DNA of 60,000 nucleotides, from assembly GCA_016213525.1 (NCBI GenBank), contig JACRAE010000005.1, positions 83,405-143,404 of the forward strand, in the 5' to 3' direction. Positions within the stretch are counted from its first letter, which is position 1. Every line of letters begins with the position of its first letter. The translations under genes and the position numbers were made by a program. The notes under the pieces are model-generated. The model saw only the letters and a list, made by a program, of their open reading frames with translations, did not search any database and was not told the origin of the DNA. Positions 8,586 to 17,432 of this stretch are shown in pieces. This DNA is from Candidatus Aenigmatarchaeota archaeon. Its GTDB lineage: Archaea; Aenigmatarchaeota; Aenigmatarchaeia; CG10238-14; SCSR01.

Positions 8586-9085
8586 CCCTTCTCCATCTTC
8601 TGCTTAATCTCTTCGAGCTTGGTCGGTAAATCCTTGTTTTGGGTGTGCTTGCCCATGACCCTGTCCTCGCTGGGGAGCATCTCCTCCCCGACCGGGATGT
8701 TCAGTCCGGCGTCCCTCGCGCCCTTCACGACCGCGTATATCCTGTTCCCCTTAGTCGACCTGTAGAGGCCGGAGTCCAGAATCGCCTCCTGTATGTTGTT
8801 CTTCAGCGCGACCTTGCCTATCGCGAATCCGACGAGGTAGGCAGCCGAGGTGTTGTCGCACGCGAAGTTCCACCCCATCTTCTTGAGGAACTTGCTGCTC
8901 GAGGACACGAGGGTCCTGTCGCCGCCCTTCTCATAAGAAATTATCTGGGCCTGGATGAACTGGAGGCTCCTCCTTACGACGAGCCTGGGCTTCCTCGACT
9001 CGAGAAGGCGCAGCCTCTTCTTGTAGTCGGTCTTTCCCGCGGTCTTCCTCTTGAAAGGCAGCGTGTAAGTCTGTGATAGCCTCAT
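8582..9085 (-). CDS. rpl18: 50S ribosomal protein uL18
   Basis: 'GKTDYKKRLRLL...RLVVRRS', 'AAYLVG', 'VKGARDAGLNIP'. Confidence 0.95.
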   Translation of the reverse strand: MRLSQTYTLPFKRKTAGKTDYKKRLRLLESRKPRLVVRRSLQFIQAQIISYEKGGDRTLVSSSSKFLKKMGWNFACDNTSAAYLVGFAIGKVALKNNIQEAILDSGLYRSTKGNRIYAVVKGARDAGLNIPVGEEMLPSEDRVMGKHTQNKDLPTKLEEIKQKMEKG

Positions 9086-9201
9086 ATTCCAACCTCACTA
9101 GATTGAGAAATGTAGTTTATTATAGTTGCGTTTTCCGCGCCGGGTTGCGATGTCTTGCCAAACCCAGCTATGGGGCCGGCGACATGTTCAAACATTTTAT
9201 A

Positions 9202-9645
9202 TCACTTCTTCTTCAGCAAACCGTGCTGCTCCAAATACAGTCTCAAGTGCGACTTGTTCCTGAAGACGCCTCCCTTGATGAGCTTCCTCATCTGGTTGTA
9301 GGTGGCGTTCTCAATCATGCCGCCCTTCTTGATGGCAGCCAGCTCCCTCCTCAGGGGTCTGACGGTCTGCACCCACCTTGTCTTCCTGTTGACTATAGAG
9401 TTCTTGGTACCCTTCCTGCGGCCCTCGCCGCGCTCCCCGGCCTTCTTCTTCTTCATCCCGACCGGCATCTTCACCTTGTCCGGGAGCCTCTTGACGAACT
9501 TCTTCAAAATTAGCTTCCTCACGTCGGAGCGCGTTATAGCCTGCTCTATGTCCTTGACCTTCTCGGGGTCCATCCAGACCTTGCTCTGGCCCACCTTGAG
9601 TATGCTCGCGGCCAGCCTTCTCTGTAGATTTGGCATATCCATCAT
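9202..9645 (-). CDS. rpl19e: 50S ribosomal protein eL19
   Basis: 'QRRLAASILKVG..KVWMDP', 'AITRSDVRKLI', 'KGGVF'; start may be 9636. Confidence 0.95.
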   Translation of the reverse strand: MMDMPNLQRRLAASILKVGQSKVWMDPEKVKDIEQAITRSDVRKLILKKFVKRLPDKVKMPVGMKKKKAGERGEGRRKGTKNSIVNRKTRWVQTVRPLRRELAAIKKGGMIENATYNQMRKLIKGGVFRNKSHLRLYLEQHGLLKKK

Positions 9646-9712
9646 TCGTGTAAAAGGATTATAAACGTTTCCAACGTCCGTTTTTCGGCTATGATGGACC
9701 CCTTCCTGAGAA

Positions 9713-9970
9713 TCAGATGAGCCTTTTGCCGTTTCTCTTGTCGATGATGTGTATGCAGAGCACCGGGCAGCCCCTCGCGGCCTCCATGTGCATGTCCAGG
9801 TCCTTGTCCTCTATGTCGAGCTCGAAGTTGCCGTCTCCCAGGTCCTTCGCTCCGACGAGATCAGCCTTGCCCGCGGCGCTGTCGACCTTCCACGTCTCCG
9901 GGCTGACCGCCTCGCAGGTGCCCGCGCCTATGCAGGACTCCTTGTCGTAGACTATCTTGTAGTTTCCCAT
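9713..9970 (-). CDS. Single-cluster ferredoxin (likely 3Fe-4S)
   Basis: CIGAGTC...CP motif with the second Cys replaced by Ala. Confidence 0.9.
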   Translation of the reverse strand: MGNYKIVYDKESCIGAGTCEAVSPETWKVDSAAGKADLVGAKDLGDGNFELDIEDKDLDMHMEAARGCPVLCIHIIDKRNGKRLI

Positions 9971-10013
9971 TTAGAAAAAATATGTCCGAGGGTAGATATC
10001 CTTTTCTAAAATT

Positions 10014-10694
10014 CTACGGCACGGTCTGGAGGAATCCCTCGAGGTCTTCATACAACACGTTGCCCACGATTATGGTCGCGAACTCCGCCATCTGCATGGC
10101 CTTTTCTCTGTCCCTTATGCCGCCGCCGTAGAAGAGGGCGGTCTTGCCGTTCATGGACTTCGACACATCCCCCACTATTGAAGGGTCGCCGAACGTGCCC
10201 GAGTATTCGAGGTAGACTATAGGGAGCCTGAAGTAGTTCTGGGCTACGTTTGCGTAGCTGACCACCTGTTCTCTCGTCAGGTCACAGTTCGCTCCCGTGT
10301 ACTTTGCGACCGATGATTTCGGGTTTAGCACTATGTAAGCCTCCGGGAACACCTTGTCCCAGTCCCTGAAGCCGGACATCGCCCATTTACAGTGCATTCC
10401 GACTATCATGTCTGGGGTCGCGCTGTTCATGACCGTCGGCACGAAGTAGCTCACACCGTCCCTGTCGACTATGTTTTCCGGGCTGGACGGCTCCATCAAA
10501 ACTGGTATGTCGTACTCTAGGACCTTGTCGACTAGAGCCGTCATCTTACTTCTGTCGACATCCAGCGTGCCGCCGACCAGAACCGCGTCCGTGCCGCTGT
10601 CCATCACCTTGGCGAGCCCGTGGTCGCTTATAGACTTGTCCGGATCGAGCTTCGTTATGTGCTTCCAGCCCCTTATCGTGCCTTGGTCCAACAT
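10014..10694 (-). CDS. Group I geranylgeranylglyceryl phosphate synthase (PcrB/GGGPS family)
   Basis: 'WKHITKLDPDK', 'TDAVLVGG', 'EAYIVLNP', 'YLEYSG', 'YGGGI', 'VGN'. Confidence 0.93.
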   Translation of the reverse strand: MLDQGTIRGWKHITKLDPDKSISDHGLAKVMDSGTDAVLVGGTLDVDRSKMTALVDKVLEYDIPVLMEPSSPENIVDRDGVSYFVPTVMNSATPDMIVGMHCKWAMSGFRDWDKVFPEAYIVLNPKSSVAKYTGANCDLTREQVVSYANVAQNYFRLPIVYLEYSGTFGDPSIVGDVSKSMNGKTALFYGGGIRDREKAMQMAEFATIIVGNVLYEDLEGFLQTVP

Positions 10695-10730
10695 TGCGAT
10701 ACAAACAAAAATTGGTCGCGGTAGTTATTA

Positions 10731-11579
10731 TTATCTCTTTCCATGCGCCTCGCCCGTGCCCCTGAGGTGGAAAATTATGTTCAAAATGGGGGCGGGGAAA
10801 GTCGCCAGAAGACCTATCAGAGCGAGATCGTACATCCCTATGTCAAACGCAGATATGCACAGGTAGCCCGCGATGAACATGTACATGACGGATGGCATGA
10901 CCGACATCGTCCCCCTCAAAATATGTTCCTCTCTCGGCCTCTTGTACTCTATGAATCTGAACAGTCCTATTGAGACCGATGATATGACGAACCATCCGAC
11001 GTAGTTTCCTATTGGTATCCCGTAGAAGGGGCCGCCCTCGGCCCAAGTCCACGATCCCTGGGCGACCTTCAGCGGGTCGAGTACAACGTCCATCGCGGTC
11101 ACAACAAGGCCGTCGAGTACTATCAGGAGCAGCAGGCTTATCTTTCTGGAGTCCGCGTTCGGCTTGTTTCTGCCGGACAGCGTGAGCATGTGCGTTACTA
11201 TGCTGTATCCGAGGATGTTGATTATGGCCCAGTTTATTGGGACCGTGACCGGGAGGCCGAAAAGCGTGGCCGGGGAGAACGACTCGTCATAGCTGTAGGT
11301 GACGCCCAGCGGATAGCCTGTCGTTATGCCAATCAGCTCGAGAAGGAAGGACATGGACAGGGTTATGACCAGGAAAACGACCGCCTTCTTGCTTCCAATC
11401 GACCAAAACAGGTAGATCGAGCACAGCGAGAAGACCATCACAGATTTCGTCCAGTCGGTGATTATCTCTGGGGAAGGCCCGACGTGATAGACCTTGTTGA
11501 ACGTCTCGACCGTGAAGACCGCAATGAAGACGCAAAATATAGCCCAGAAGACCTTTTTCAAGGCAGGACTCTCTTCCAT
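10731..11579 (-). CDS. CruF-like membrane hydratase (carotenoid biosynthesis / DUF422 family)
   Basis: 'ELIGITTGYPLG..Y.Y', 'GLPVTVPINW', 'MDVVLDP', 'WTW..GGPFYGIPIGNYVGWF'. Confidence 0.85.
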   Translation of the reverse strand: MEESPALKKVFWAIFCVFIAVFTVETFNKVYHVGPSPEIITDWTKSVMVFSLCSIYLFWSIGSKKAVVFLVITLSMSFLLELIGITTGYPLGVTYSYDESFSPATLFGLPVTVPINWAIINILGYSIVTHMLTLSGRNKPNADSRKISLLLLIVLDGLVVTAMDVVLDPLKVAQGSWTWAEGGPFYGIPIGNYVGWFVISSVSIGLFRFIEYKRPREEHILRGTMSVMPSVMYMFIAGYLCISAFDIGMYDLALIGLLATFPAPILNIIFHLRGTGEAHGKR

Positions 11580-11638
11580 ACCAGTAGTTCTTGGAGGCTG
11601 TTTATATTTGTTGCCATATTTTCCCCTCCACCCTCCCA

Positions 11639-12481
11639 TTACTCTATGAGCGATGTCAGGACGAAGGCGAGGACGATGCAGTACATTGAGATTTTCAGCA
11701 GACCCTGCGACTTTTTCGCGTCGTTCCTGAACGCGACCGCCGAGGCGCCTAGTACGACCCCGGGGAATGTCGCGATGACGTAAGTCATGGATTGCGAACC
11801 TGAGAAATACGGCAACATGACAGATACGAGAGCCAGGATGGTCAGCAACGATGCTATCTTCACGGCGTCCCGTTTTCCAAATTCGGTCGCGAGGGTCCTG
11901 GCGCCCTGTTTCTTATCACCCGTAACATCTTCGATGTCCTTGAAAACTTCCCTGGAAAACGTGCCGAAGAAGGACATAACAAATATCAGAGAGACCATGT
12001 CACCGATCCAGGCATTTTCTATCAGACCGCCCGCTATGAAGGAAGAGGACGAGAGCCACGAGACGGCGGCGTTCTTCAAGTGGACAGATCTCTTGAGCCT
12101 CCAACCATACGCGCTGAGAACCACGAAGTTGACGGCCGCTATCCCGAGGAACTGAGGCGACACGTAGGAGGCGAGCGCTATCCCGGACGCAGAGAGCGCC
12201 ACGTAGAAGATCAGCGCATTGATTCTCTTCACCGCCCCCCTGGGTATGGGCCTATTGGGCGCGTTTATCTTGTCTATCTTGTGGTCGAAGTAGTCGTTGA
12301 TGACGTTCCCGGCGGCGCATGCAAGGAAGGCCGCGATTGCGGCGGCGAAAAGTCTCGTATAATCTTGTTCCTGTCCAGAGGTCGGCTGAGCAGAGAGCAG
12401 GTAGCCGACGACGACAGCGAAGACCGCCAATAAACAAACGTTCGGCCTAATCAAACTCAGGTAATCTCGGACATTTCCCAT
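11639..12481 (-). CDS. UbiA-family prenyltransferase, probably digeranylgeranylglyceryl phosphate synthase
   Basis: 'LIRPN', 'NVINDYFDHKIDKINAPNRPIPRG', 'REVFKDIEDVTGD...GARTLA'; adjacent to GGGPS. Confidence 0.88.
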   Translation of the reverse strand: MGNVRDYLSLIRPNVCLLAVFAVVVGYLLSAQPTSGQEQDYTRLFAAAIAAFLACAAGNVINDYFDHKIDKINAPNRPIPRGAVKRINALIFYVALSASGIALASYVSPQFLGIAAVNFVVLSAYGWRLKRSVHLKNAAVSWLSSSSFIAGGLIENAWIGDMVSLIFVMSFFGTFSREVFKDIEDVTGDKKQGARTLATEFGKRDAVKIASLLTILALVSVMLPYFSGSQSMTYVIATFPGVVLGASAVAFRNDAKKSQGLLKISMYCIVLAFVLTSLIE

Positions 12482-12565
12482 AATCATTAGGGTGCTGCTT
12501 TTGGCTTAAACCGAGCAGAAACAACAATTTTAATATAACCGAATTCCCATCTTCAAAAGAAGAAT

Positions 12566-13771
12566 ATGGAAGACTACGACGTCATAATTGTGGGAGGCGG
12601 TCCAGGCGGCTCTACCTGTGCGACAAACCTGGGGAAGGCTGGCCACAGGGTACTTCTTTTGGACAAAGCAAGGTTTCCCAGGGACAAGATATGTGGAGAC
12701 GGCATAACTGGGAAGTCCAGGGGCTTCATACAGAAGCTTGGCCTCCTAGACGAGATGGAGGACAACGGGGCGATATACGACGGGATAGAAGTCATTTGGC
12801 CCAAGGGGTCCAAGACACTCATAAAAGCAGGAGATGGTTACTACAGCTATGTGTGCAAGAGGCAGATTTTCGACAACATACTTTTCCAGAACGCAAAGAA
12901 GTTCTCGGATGTGAGAGAGGGATTCTCCGTGACCGACGTCATAAAAGACAACGGTAAAGTTGTAGGTGTCAAGGCAACGGACCTTTCAGATAATTCTTCA
13001 CATGAGTTCAGGGCGAAGGTGGTGGTAGGTGCCGACGGCGCAAACTCCATCGTCGCGACAAAGCTAGGCCTAAACAAATTTGACGCCTCACACAGGATAT
13101 CCGCGATAAGGGCCTACTATAGGAATGTCAAGAACGTCGAGAAGAACCTTGAGATATTCTTTTTCGAGAAGACTATGCCAGGTTACTTCTGGATATTCCC
13201 GCTTCCTGACGGCCAGGTGAACGTCGGGATAGGAATGACCGTGAAGGAGATGCAGAAAAAGAAGCTCAGCCTCCAGAAAATAATGGAGGACGAGATAGCG
13301 AACAACCCTGCGATAAAGGAGAGGTTCGCCGGCGCCGAGCTCGTCTCCGACATAAAGGCGTGGACCCTGCCGACGGCCGAGGTGTTCAGGAAGAACTATG
13401 GAGACGGTTTCGTTTTGATTGGCGACGCTTCTTCCCTGATAGATCCAATGTCTGGGGAGGGCATAGGTAATGCGATGTTGAGCGCGAACTTGGCGGCGGA
13501 TGTTATTGGCGACGCGTTGAAAAAAGGCGATTTCTCCAGCGGCCAGATGAAGAACTACTATAATCTTTTGTGGAAGAAGCTGCGCCATGAGGTCAAGACC
13601 AATTACATGTATCAGAGGCTAGCTTCGAGCAACACCCTGTTGAAAGTCTTGGAGCCTAGGATAGCAAAGAGCAATCATTTCATTCATTCTATGAAGGTCA
13701 ATTTCCTGGACAGCGACTCCAGATGGAAGCCCAGTATTAAGGACCTGTTCCTCTTCATTTTGTCTAAGTAG
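12566..13771 (+). CDS. Geranylgeranyl reductase family FAD-dependent oxidoreductase
   Basis: GGGPGG FAD motif, 'FPRDKICGDG', 'GADG', 'PGYFWIFP', 'IGDA..LIDPMSGEGI'. Confidence 0.9.
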   Translation: MEDYDVIIVGGGPGGSTCATNLGKAGHRVLLLDKARFPRDKICGDGITGKSRGFIQKLGLLDEMEDNGAIYDGIEVIWPKGSKTLIKAGDGYYSYVCKRQIFDNILFQNAKKFSDVREGFSVTDVIKDNGKVVGVKATDLSDNSSHEFRAKVVVGADGANSIVATKLGLNKFDASHRISAIRAYYRNVKNVEKNLEIFFFEKTMPGYFWIFPLPDGQVNVGIGMTVKEMQKKKLSLQKIMEDEIANNPAIKERFAGAELVSDIKAWTLPTAEVFRKNYGDGFVLIGDASSLIDPMSGEGIGNAMLSANLAADVIGDALKKGDFSSGQMKNYYNLLWKKLRHEVKTNYMYQRLASSNTLLKVLEPRIAKSNHFIHSMKVNFLDSDSRWKPSIKDLFLFILSK

Positions 13772-13821
13772 GCTCTTCAGTGAGGGAGATCGAGCGAGTC
13801 CCTAGAGGAAAATTTCTTAAT

Positions 13822-14190
13822 CTACGCCTTTCTAGTCTTGGACTTGACGCCTGGATTCAGGACCTTAATCTTCATTTCACTTGCAATCTTTACTATTTCG
13901 GCCCTCTTTCTCGCTCCCGTCGTGGAGGATATCTTAGCTGCATCCGACTTGGCATCCATCGCTTTCAAGTCTGAGGGGGTGTGTACGATTACCTCCCTAA
14001 ATCCGCTCGGATGCAGACCCCTCTCGGAAGCCTTCGCCCCCCACCCTATGAAAGGCATCTTGACCTTGCCCTTCTCGCGCCTCCTAACTTTCGAATGGCG
14101 GCCCCTGGGGTGCCTCCAGCTCTCACCGAGTCTCGCATAAGAATCTGACATCCATCTCTTGAAGGCTGGCTTCTTCTTTTTGTTTACCAT
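13822..14190 (-). CDS. rpl32e: 50S ribosomal protein eL32
   Basis: 'KPAFKR', 'WRHPRGRHSKVRR', 'RGLHPSG', 'IKVLNP'. Confidence 0.95.
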   Translation of the reverse strand: MVNKKKKPAFKRWMSDSYARLGESWRHPRGRHSKVRRREKGKVKMPFIGWGAKASERGLHPSGFREVIVHTPSDLKAMDAKSDAAKISSTTGARKRAEIVKIASEMKIKVLNPGVKSKTRKA

Positions 14191-14268
14191 GAAATCGCTT
14201 CTTATCTATTGGTTCAGTCGCCTTTTTAAAGATTTTAGAGAACCTCGCGGCGGTCCCGAAGGAAAGAC

Positions 14269-15147
14269 CTAGAACGATATGGATTCTGCTATGATTTTCG
14301 AGACGTCTACGGTGGAAGTCGGATTAGGCACGGTGTTTGTGGATATTATTCCTTCCACACCAGAACCCATTATTCTCTTCTGCGCGTCCCCAATGAACAC
14401 TGCGTGAGTGCACGCCACGAAAATTCTACCGCAACCGCCCTTCTTCAGGAAGTCCGCGGACTTTGTTATACTACCGCCCGTAGATATCATGTCGTCAACT
14501 ATAATCACATCCCGCCCCTCTAGGTCGATGTGCCCGTTCGAGCTTATCCCGACGTCTCCGGTTATTCCGTCGCGGACTTTGTTCAGGAACGTGTAGTCCG
14601 TCCCATATATCTCTGAGAAACTCTCCGCCCTTTTTATCCCACCGTTGTCTGGGGAGACGACTATCGGGTTGTCGAGGCCGACTTTTCTCGTCTCTGCAAC
14701 CAGGTCCGGTATCGCGGAAAGGTTCCTGATGGAGCCCTTGAAATGGCGAATCCCGGCGTCGCTGTGGATATCGATTGATGTTATTTCAGACGAGCCAGAG
14801 GATTTCAAGAGCTCGGCCACAACGGACAGCGTTGATATCTCACCTGGAAGGAATTCTCTGTCCTGTCTGGAGTATCCCATGTAAGGCACTACGGAAACCA
14901 CGTCGTCCGAGAACTCCCTCGCCTTCGATATGATTGAGAGCGTTTGGACTAGATTCGTGTCCACCGGAGGGCATGTGGAATTCACAACGACTATTTTTCC
15001 GTCGCTAGGCGCCTTGGAGAGGGTGACTTTGCTCTCGCCATCTGGGAACGTCCTAACACTCGAGGACACAAAGTCCGATCCGAGCCTGTCGGATATTTTC
15101 CGGGCCAGGTCGATGGAGGCGCTGCCGCCGATTATAGTGACAGTCAT
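14269..15147 (-). CDS. prs: Ribose-phosphate pyrophosphokinase
   Basis: 'FPDGE', 'PYMGYSRQDREF.PGE', 'VSPD.GG', 'IIVDDMISTGGS', 'ACTH'; start taken at MTVT. Confidence 0.95.
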   Translation of the reverse strand: MTVTIIGGSASIDLARKISDRLGSDFVSSSVRTFPDGESKVTLSKAPSDGKIVVVNSTCPPVDTNLVQTLSIISKAREFSDDVVSVVPYMGYSRQDREFLPGEISTLSVVAELLKSSGSSEITSIDIHSDAGIRHFKGSIRNLSAIPDLVAETRKVGLDNPIVVSPDNGGIKRAESFSEIYGTDYTFLNKVRDGITGDVGISSNGHIDLEGRDVIIVDDMISTGGSITKSADFLKKGGCGRIFVACTHAVFIGDAQKRIMGSGVEGIISTNTVPNPTSTVDVSKIIAESISF

Positions 15148-15218
15148 CGAATCAATCCCTGCAAGATTAGATATGGTGGCGTCCCACAATTAAAGGTGCG
15201 CCAAGGAGCAGTCGATTC

Positions 15219-15749
15219 TTAATCTGTGTTCTTGCTGGTGATGTATATTCCGTCCTGGAATACCTTTTTGTCGAAGCCGACTATCCTGCATGTTTGTTCT
15301 ATATTGGCCGCGGTCTGGGACACATCATCCAGGCTCGCGCCGGTAACCGTTATGTCCTGTTGGTCAATCTTGACCTTCACACCACCCAGTATCTTGGCAA
15401 TCCTCGGGACGCGCTCCCCTAGGAAGTTGTTGACCAAAATCTTGTCATTCTCCGACTTCACGGTAACGGGAAAATGAGAGTATATGACGCGCAGCTTGTA
15501 CGTGTAGCCCTTGGTCGCGCCCTCCATGACGTTCTTTATGTGAGCGGATATGGCGCCCACTATCGCTTTCGTCGACCTCCTCTCGGAGTCAGACGAGACC
15601 CTCACCTTGTTCTCGATGACTTCTATCTTGACGTTCTTCGGGACGTCAAGCGCCTTCTTGACTTCTCCCTGCGGCCCGCGCGCCGTGACCTCGTTGCCGG
15701 AGATGTCGAGGGTCACGTCCTTTAGCACGTTGATTTCTTTCGAGAACAT
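15219..15749 (-). CDS. rpl6: 50S ribosomal protein uL6
   Basis: 'GPQGEV', 'YSHFPVTV', 'NFLGER', 'QTAANIEQ', 'FQDGIYI'. Confidence 0.96.
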   Translation of the reverse strand: MFSKEINVLKDVTLDISGNEVTARGPQGEVKKALDVPKNVKIEVIENKVRVSSDSERRSTKAIVGAISAHIKNVMEGATKGYTYKLRVIYSHFPVTVKSENDKILVNNFLGERVPRIAKILGGVKVKIDQQDITVTGASLDDVSQTAANIEQTCRIVGFDKKVFQDGIYITSKNTD

Positions 15750-15758
15750 AACAATCAC

Positions 15759-16145
15759 TCAGTAGACGAAAGCCACCAGCTTTCCCCCAGATTTGGTCTC
15801 CTTTGCCGTCTTGTGGTCCATTATCCCGTTGGGCGTGGTCACAATCAGGAACCCGAAGTCCCTCGCCGGCAGGAACCTCTTCTCCCACCCCTCGAACTCC
15901 GTAGTCTTGACCGAAAACCTGGGCTTGATGACGTTGCAGTCGATTATCTTGCCCTTGAGCTCGACCTTGTACTTGCCGGACTTCCCGTCGTCGACGAAGT
16001 CAAAAGAACCTATGTAGCCCTTCTCGTGGAGCACGGTCAGCACGTCCTTGACGAGCCTGCTCGCACGCGTGATGCAATCCCTCTTTCCGACCCTGTCCGC
16101 GTTCTTTAGAACCGACAGCACGTCTGCAAGTGTGTCCTGAATCAT
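15759..16145 (-). CDS. rps8: 30S ribosomal protein uS8
   Basis: 'DTLAD', 'GYIG.F', 'IKPRF', 'FLPARDFG.LIVTT..GIM.H', 'GGKLVAFVY'. Confidence 0.96.
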   Translation of the reverse strand: MIQDTLADVLSVLKNADRVGKRDCITRASRLVKDVLTVLHEKGYIGSFDFVDDGKSGKYKVELKGKIIDCNVIKPRFSVKTTEFEGWEKRFLPARDFGFLIVTTPNGIMDHKTAKETKSGGKLVAFVY

Positions 16146-16206
16146 AGTATCAACTTACAACTTTGCGGTTTAAAAGTTTATAAAAGAGTGTCCGGGGCAC
16201 GTATTC

Positions 16207-17265
16207 TCAGAATTTCCTGTTGACGGTGAAGCTCACGAGGTTGTTCAGGAAAGTGTACGAGTCCTTGTACATGTTGCCCCTGATGTCCTCGAGTATCTTG
16301 TTCGACGAGATTGCGTACGAGTCCAGGAGGCCGCGCGTGTAGTTCAGGGCGCCGCTGTCGGTGACTGCCTTCTTTATCTTTTCGAGCTCGACGTTGCTTA
16401 TGTGCCTCTTGCCAAGTATGCTGTCTATCGTGGCGTTGACCTTGCTGTTGCCCATCTCGCGGGCCTTTATCATCAAAATCGTGTTCTTGCCCTCTTCGAC
16501 GTCGCTCTTGTTAGACTTGCCTATAGTGTCCTCGCTGCCGAACAGCCCTATCATGTCGTCCTTGATCTGGAAGGCGTAACCCATGTTCATTGCATACTGT
16601 GCCAGCTTCCTGTCAACCCTCTTGCTCGCGCCTGAGGCCACGGCGGCGACCTTCACTGTGCCCTCGAAGAAGACGGCCGTCTTGAGCTCTATGAGCCTCA
16701 TGTAGTCCTTCTCCCTTATCTCCCTGTTGGCGAACTCCATGTCGAGGACCTGGCCCCTGACGGTCCTCTCCGCGAGCTGGCACACTATCTTGGCCGCCTC
16801 GGCCTTGATTTCAGCCGGGAAGTTCGAGTCCATTATGCTCCTTATCGACATGAAAATGAAGTAGTCCCCGCCGAGTATGCCTATGTTCTTCCCGTCCTCC
16901 TCGGCCCTTCCAAGCTGTCCGTGCTCCTCCATCCAGTGCTGCATGGCCTTGTGGAAGGTCGGTTTCCCCCTCCTAGTCGGGCTCATGTCCATTATGTCGT
17001 CGTGTATCAGGCACGCGTTGTGCAGGAGCTCGAAAGACCTGGACATCTGTATCATGGACTTGACGTCCTTACCGCCGAGCCCCTTGTAGACCATTATACC
17101 CAAAATCGGCCTCATCCTCTTGCCGGAGTTCATTATATAGTCCATCATAAGGCTGTCAAACTTTGACTCCCATCCCCTAGCCTGGGGGTTCGTGCTCGCC
17201 TTGACGAAGGATTCCAGCTCCCTGTTCACCATTTCCCTGTATTCTGCGAACCCGGCCATCTTCAT
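16207..17265 (-). CDS. Polyprenyl diphosphate synthase (trans-prenyltransferase)
   Basis: 'GKRMRP', FARM 'LIHDDIMD...RRGKPT', 'GQ.LD', 'KTA', SARM 'FQIKDD'. Confidence 0.93.
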   Translation of the reverse strand: MKMAGFAEYREMVNRELESFVKASTNPQARGWESKFDSLMMDYIMNSGKRMRPILGIMVYKGLGGKDVKSMIQMSRSFELLHNACLIHDDIMDMSPTRRGKPTFHKAMQHWMEEHGQLGRAEEDGKNIGILGGDYFIFMSIRSIMDSNFPAEIKAEAAKIVCQLAERTVRGQVLDMEFANREIREKDYMRLIELKTAVFFEGTVKVAAVASGASKRVDRKLAQYAMNMGYAFQIKDDMIGLFGSEDTIGKSNKSDVEEGKNTILMIKAREMGNSKVNATIDSILGKRHISNVELEKIKKAVTDSGALNYTRGLLDSYAISSNKILEDIRGNMYKDSYTFLNNLVSFTVNRKF

Positions 17266-17312
17266 TTGTAACAATAATACTTCGTCGGATTCGCTTAAAA
17301 AGAAGTTGAATG

Positions 17313-17385
17313 TGCGCCGGCCGGGATTTGAACCCGGACGGTTAGCTTGGAAGGCTAATGTACTACCAGGTTATACTACCGGCGC
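17313..17385 (-). tRNA. tRNA-Gly(TCC)
   Basis: GCGCCGG acceptor stem, anticodon arm TTAGC-CTTCCAA-GCTAA, T-loop GGTTCAAATCC. Confidence 0.95.
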
Positions 17386-17432
17386 GTCCGTACAATAATC
17401 GTCGGTCTCGGTTTTTAATCGTTTCTATGGGG

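Noticed and set aside
9687-9735. ATGATG...CTGA...ATGA resembling a second C/D sRNA
   Set aside because: The spacer is only about 8 nt, there is no D box, and it overlaps the ferredoxin stop codon.
1744-17337. Near-identical 27-nt direct repeats (1744-1770 and 17311-17337) resembling attL/attR
   Set aside because: Both are 3' ends of complete tRNA-Gly isoacceptors. The enclosed DNA is core ribosomal genes and there is no integrase.
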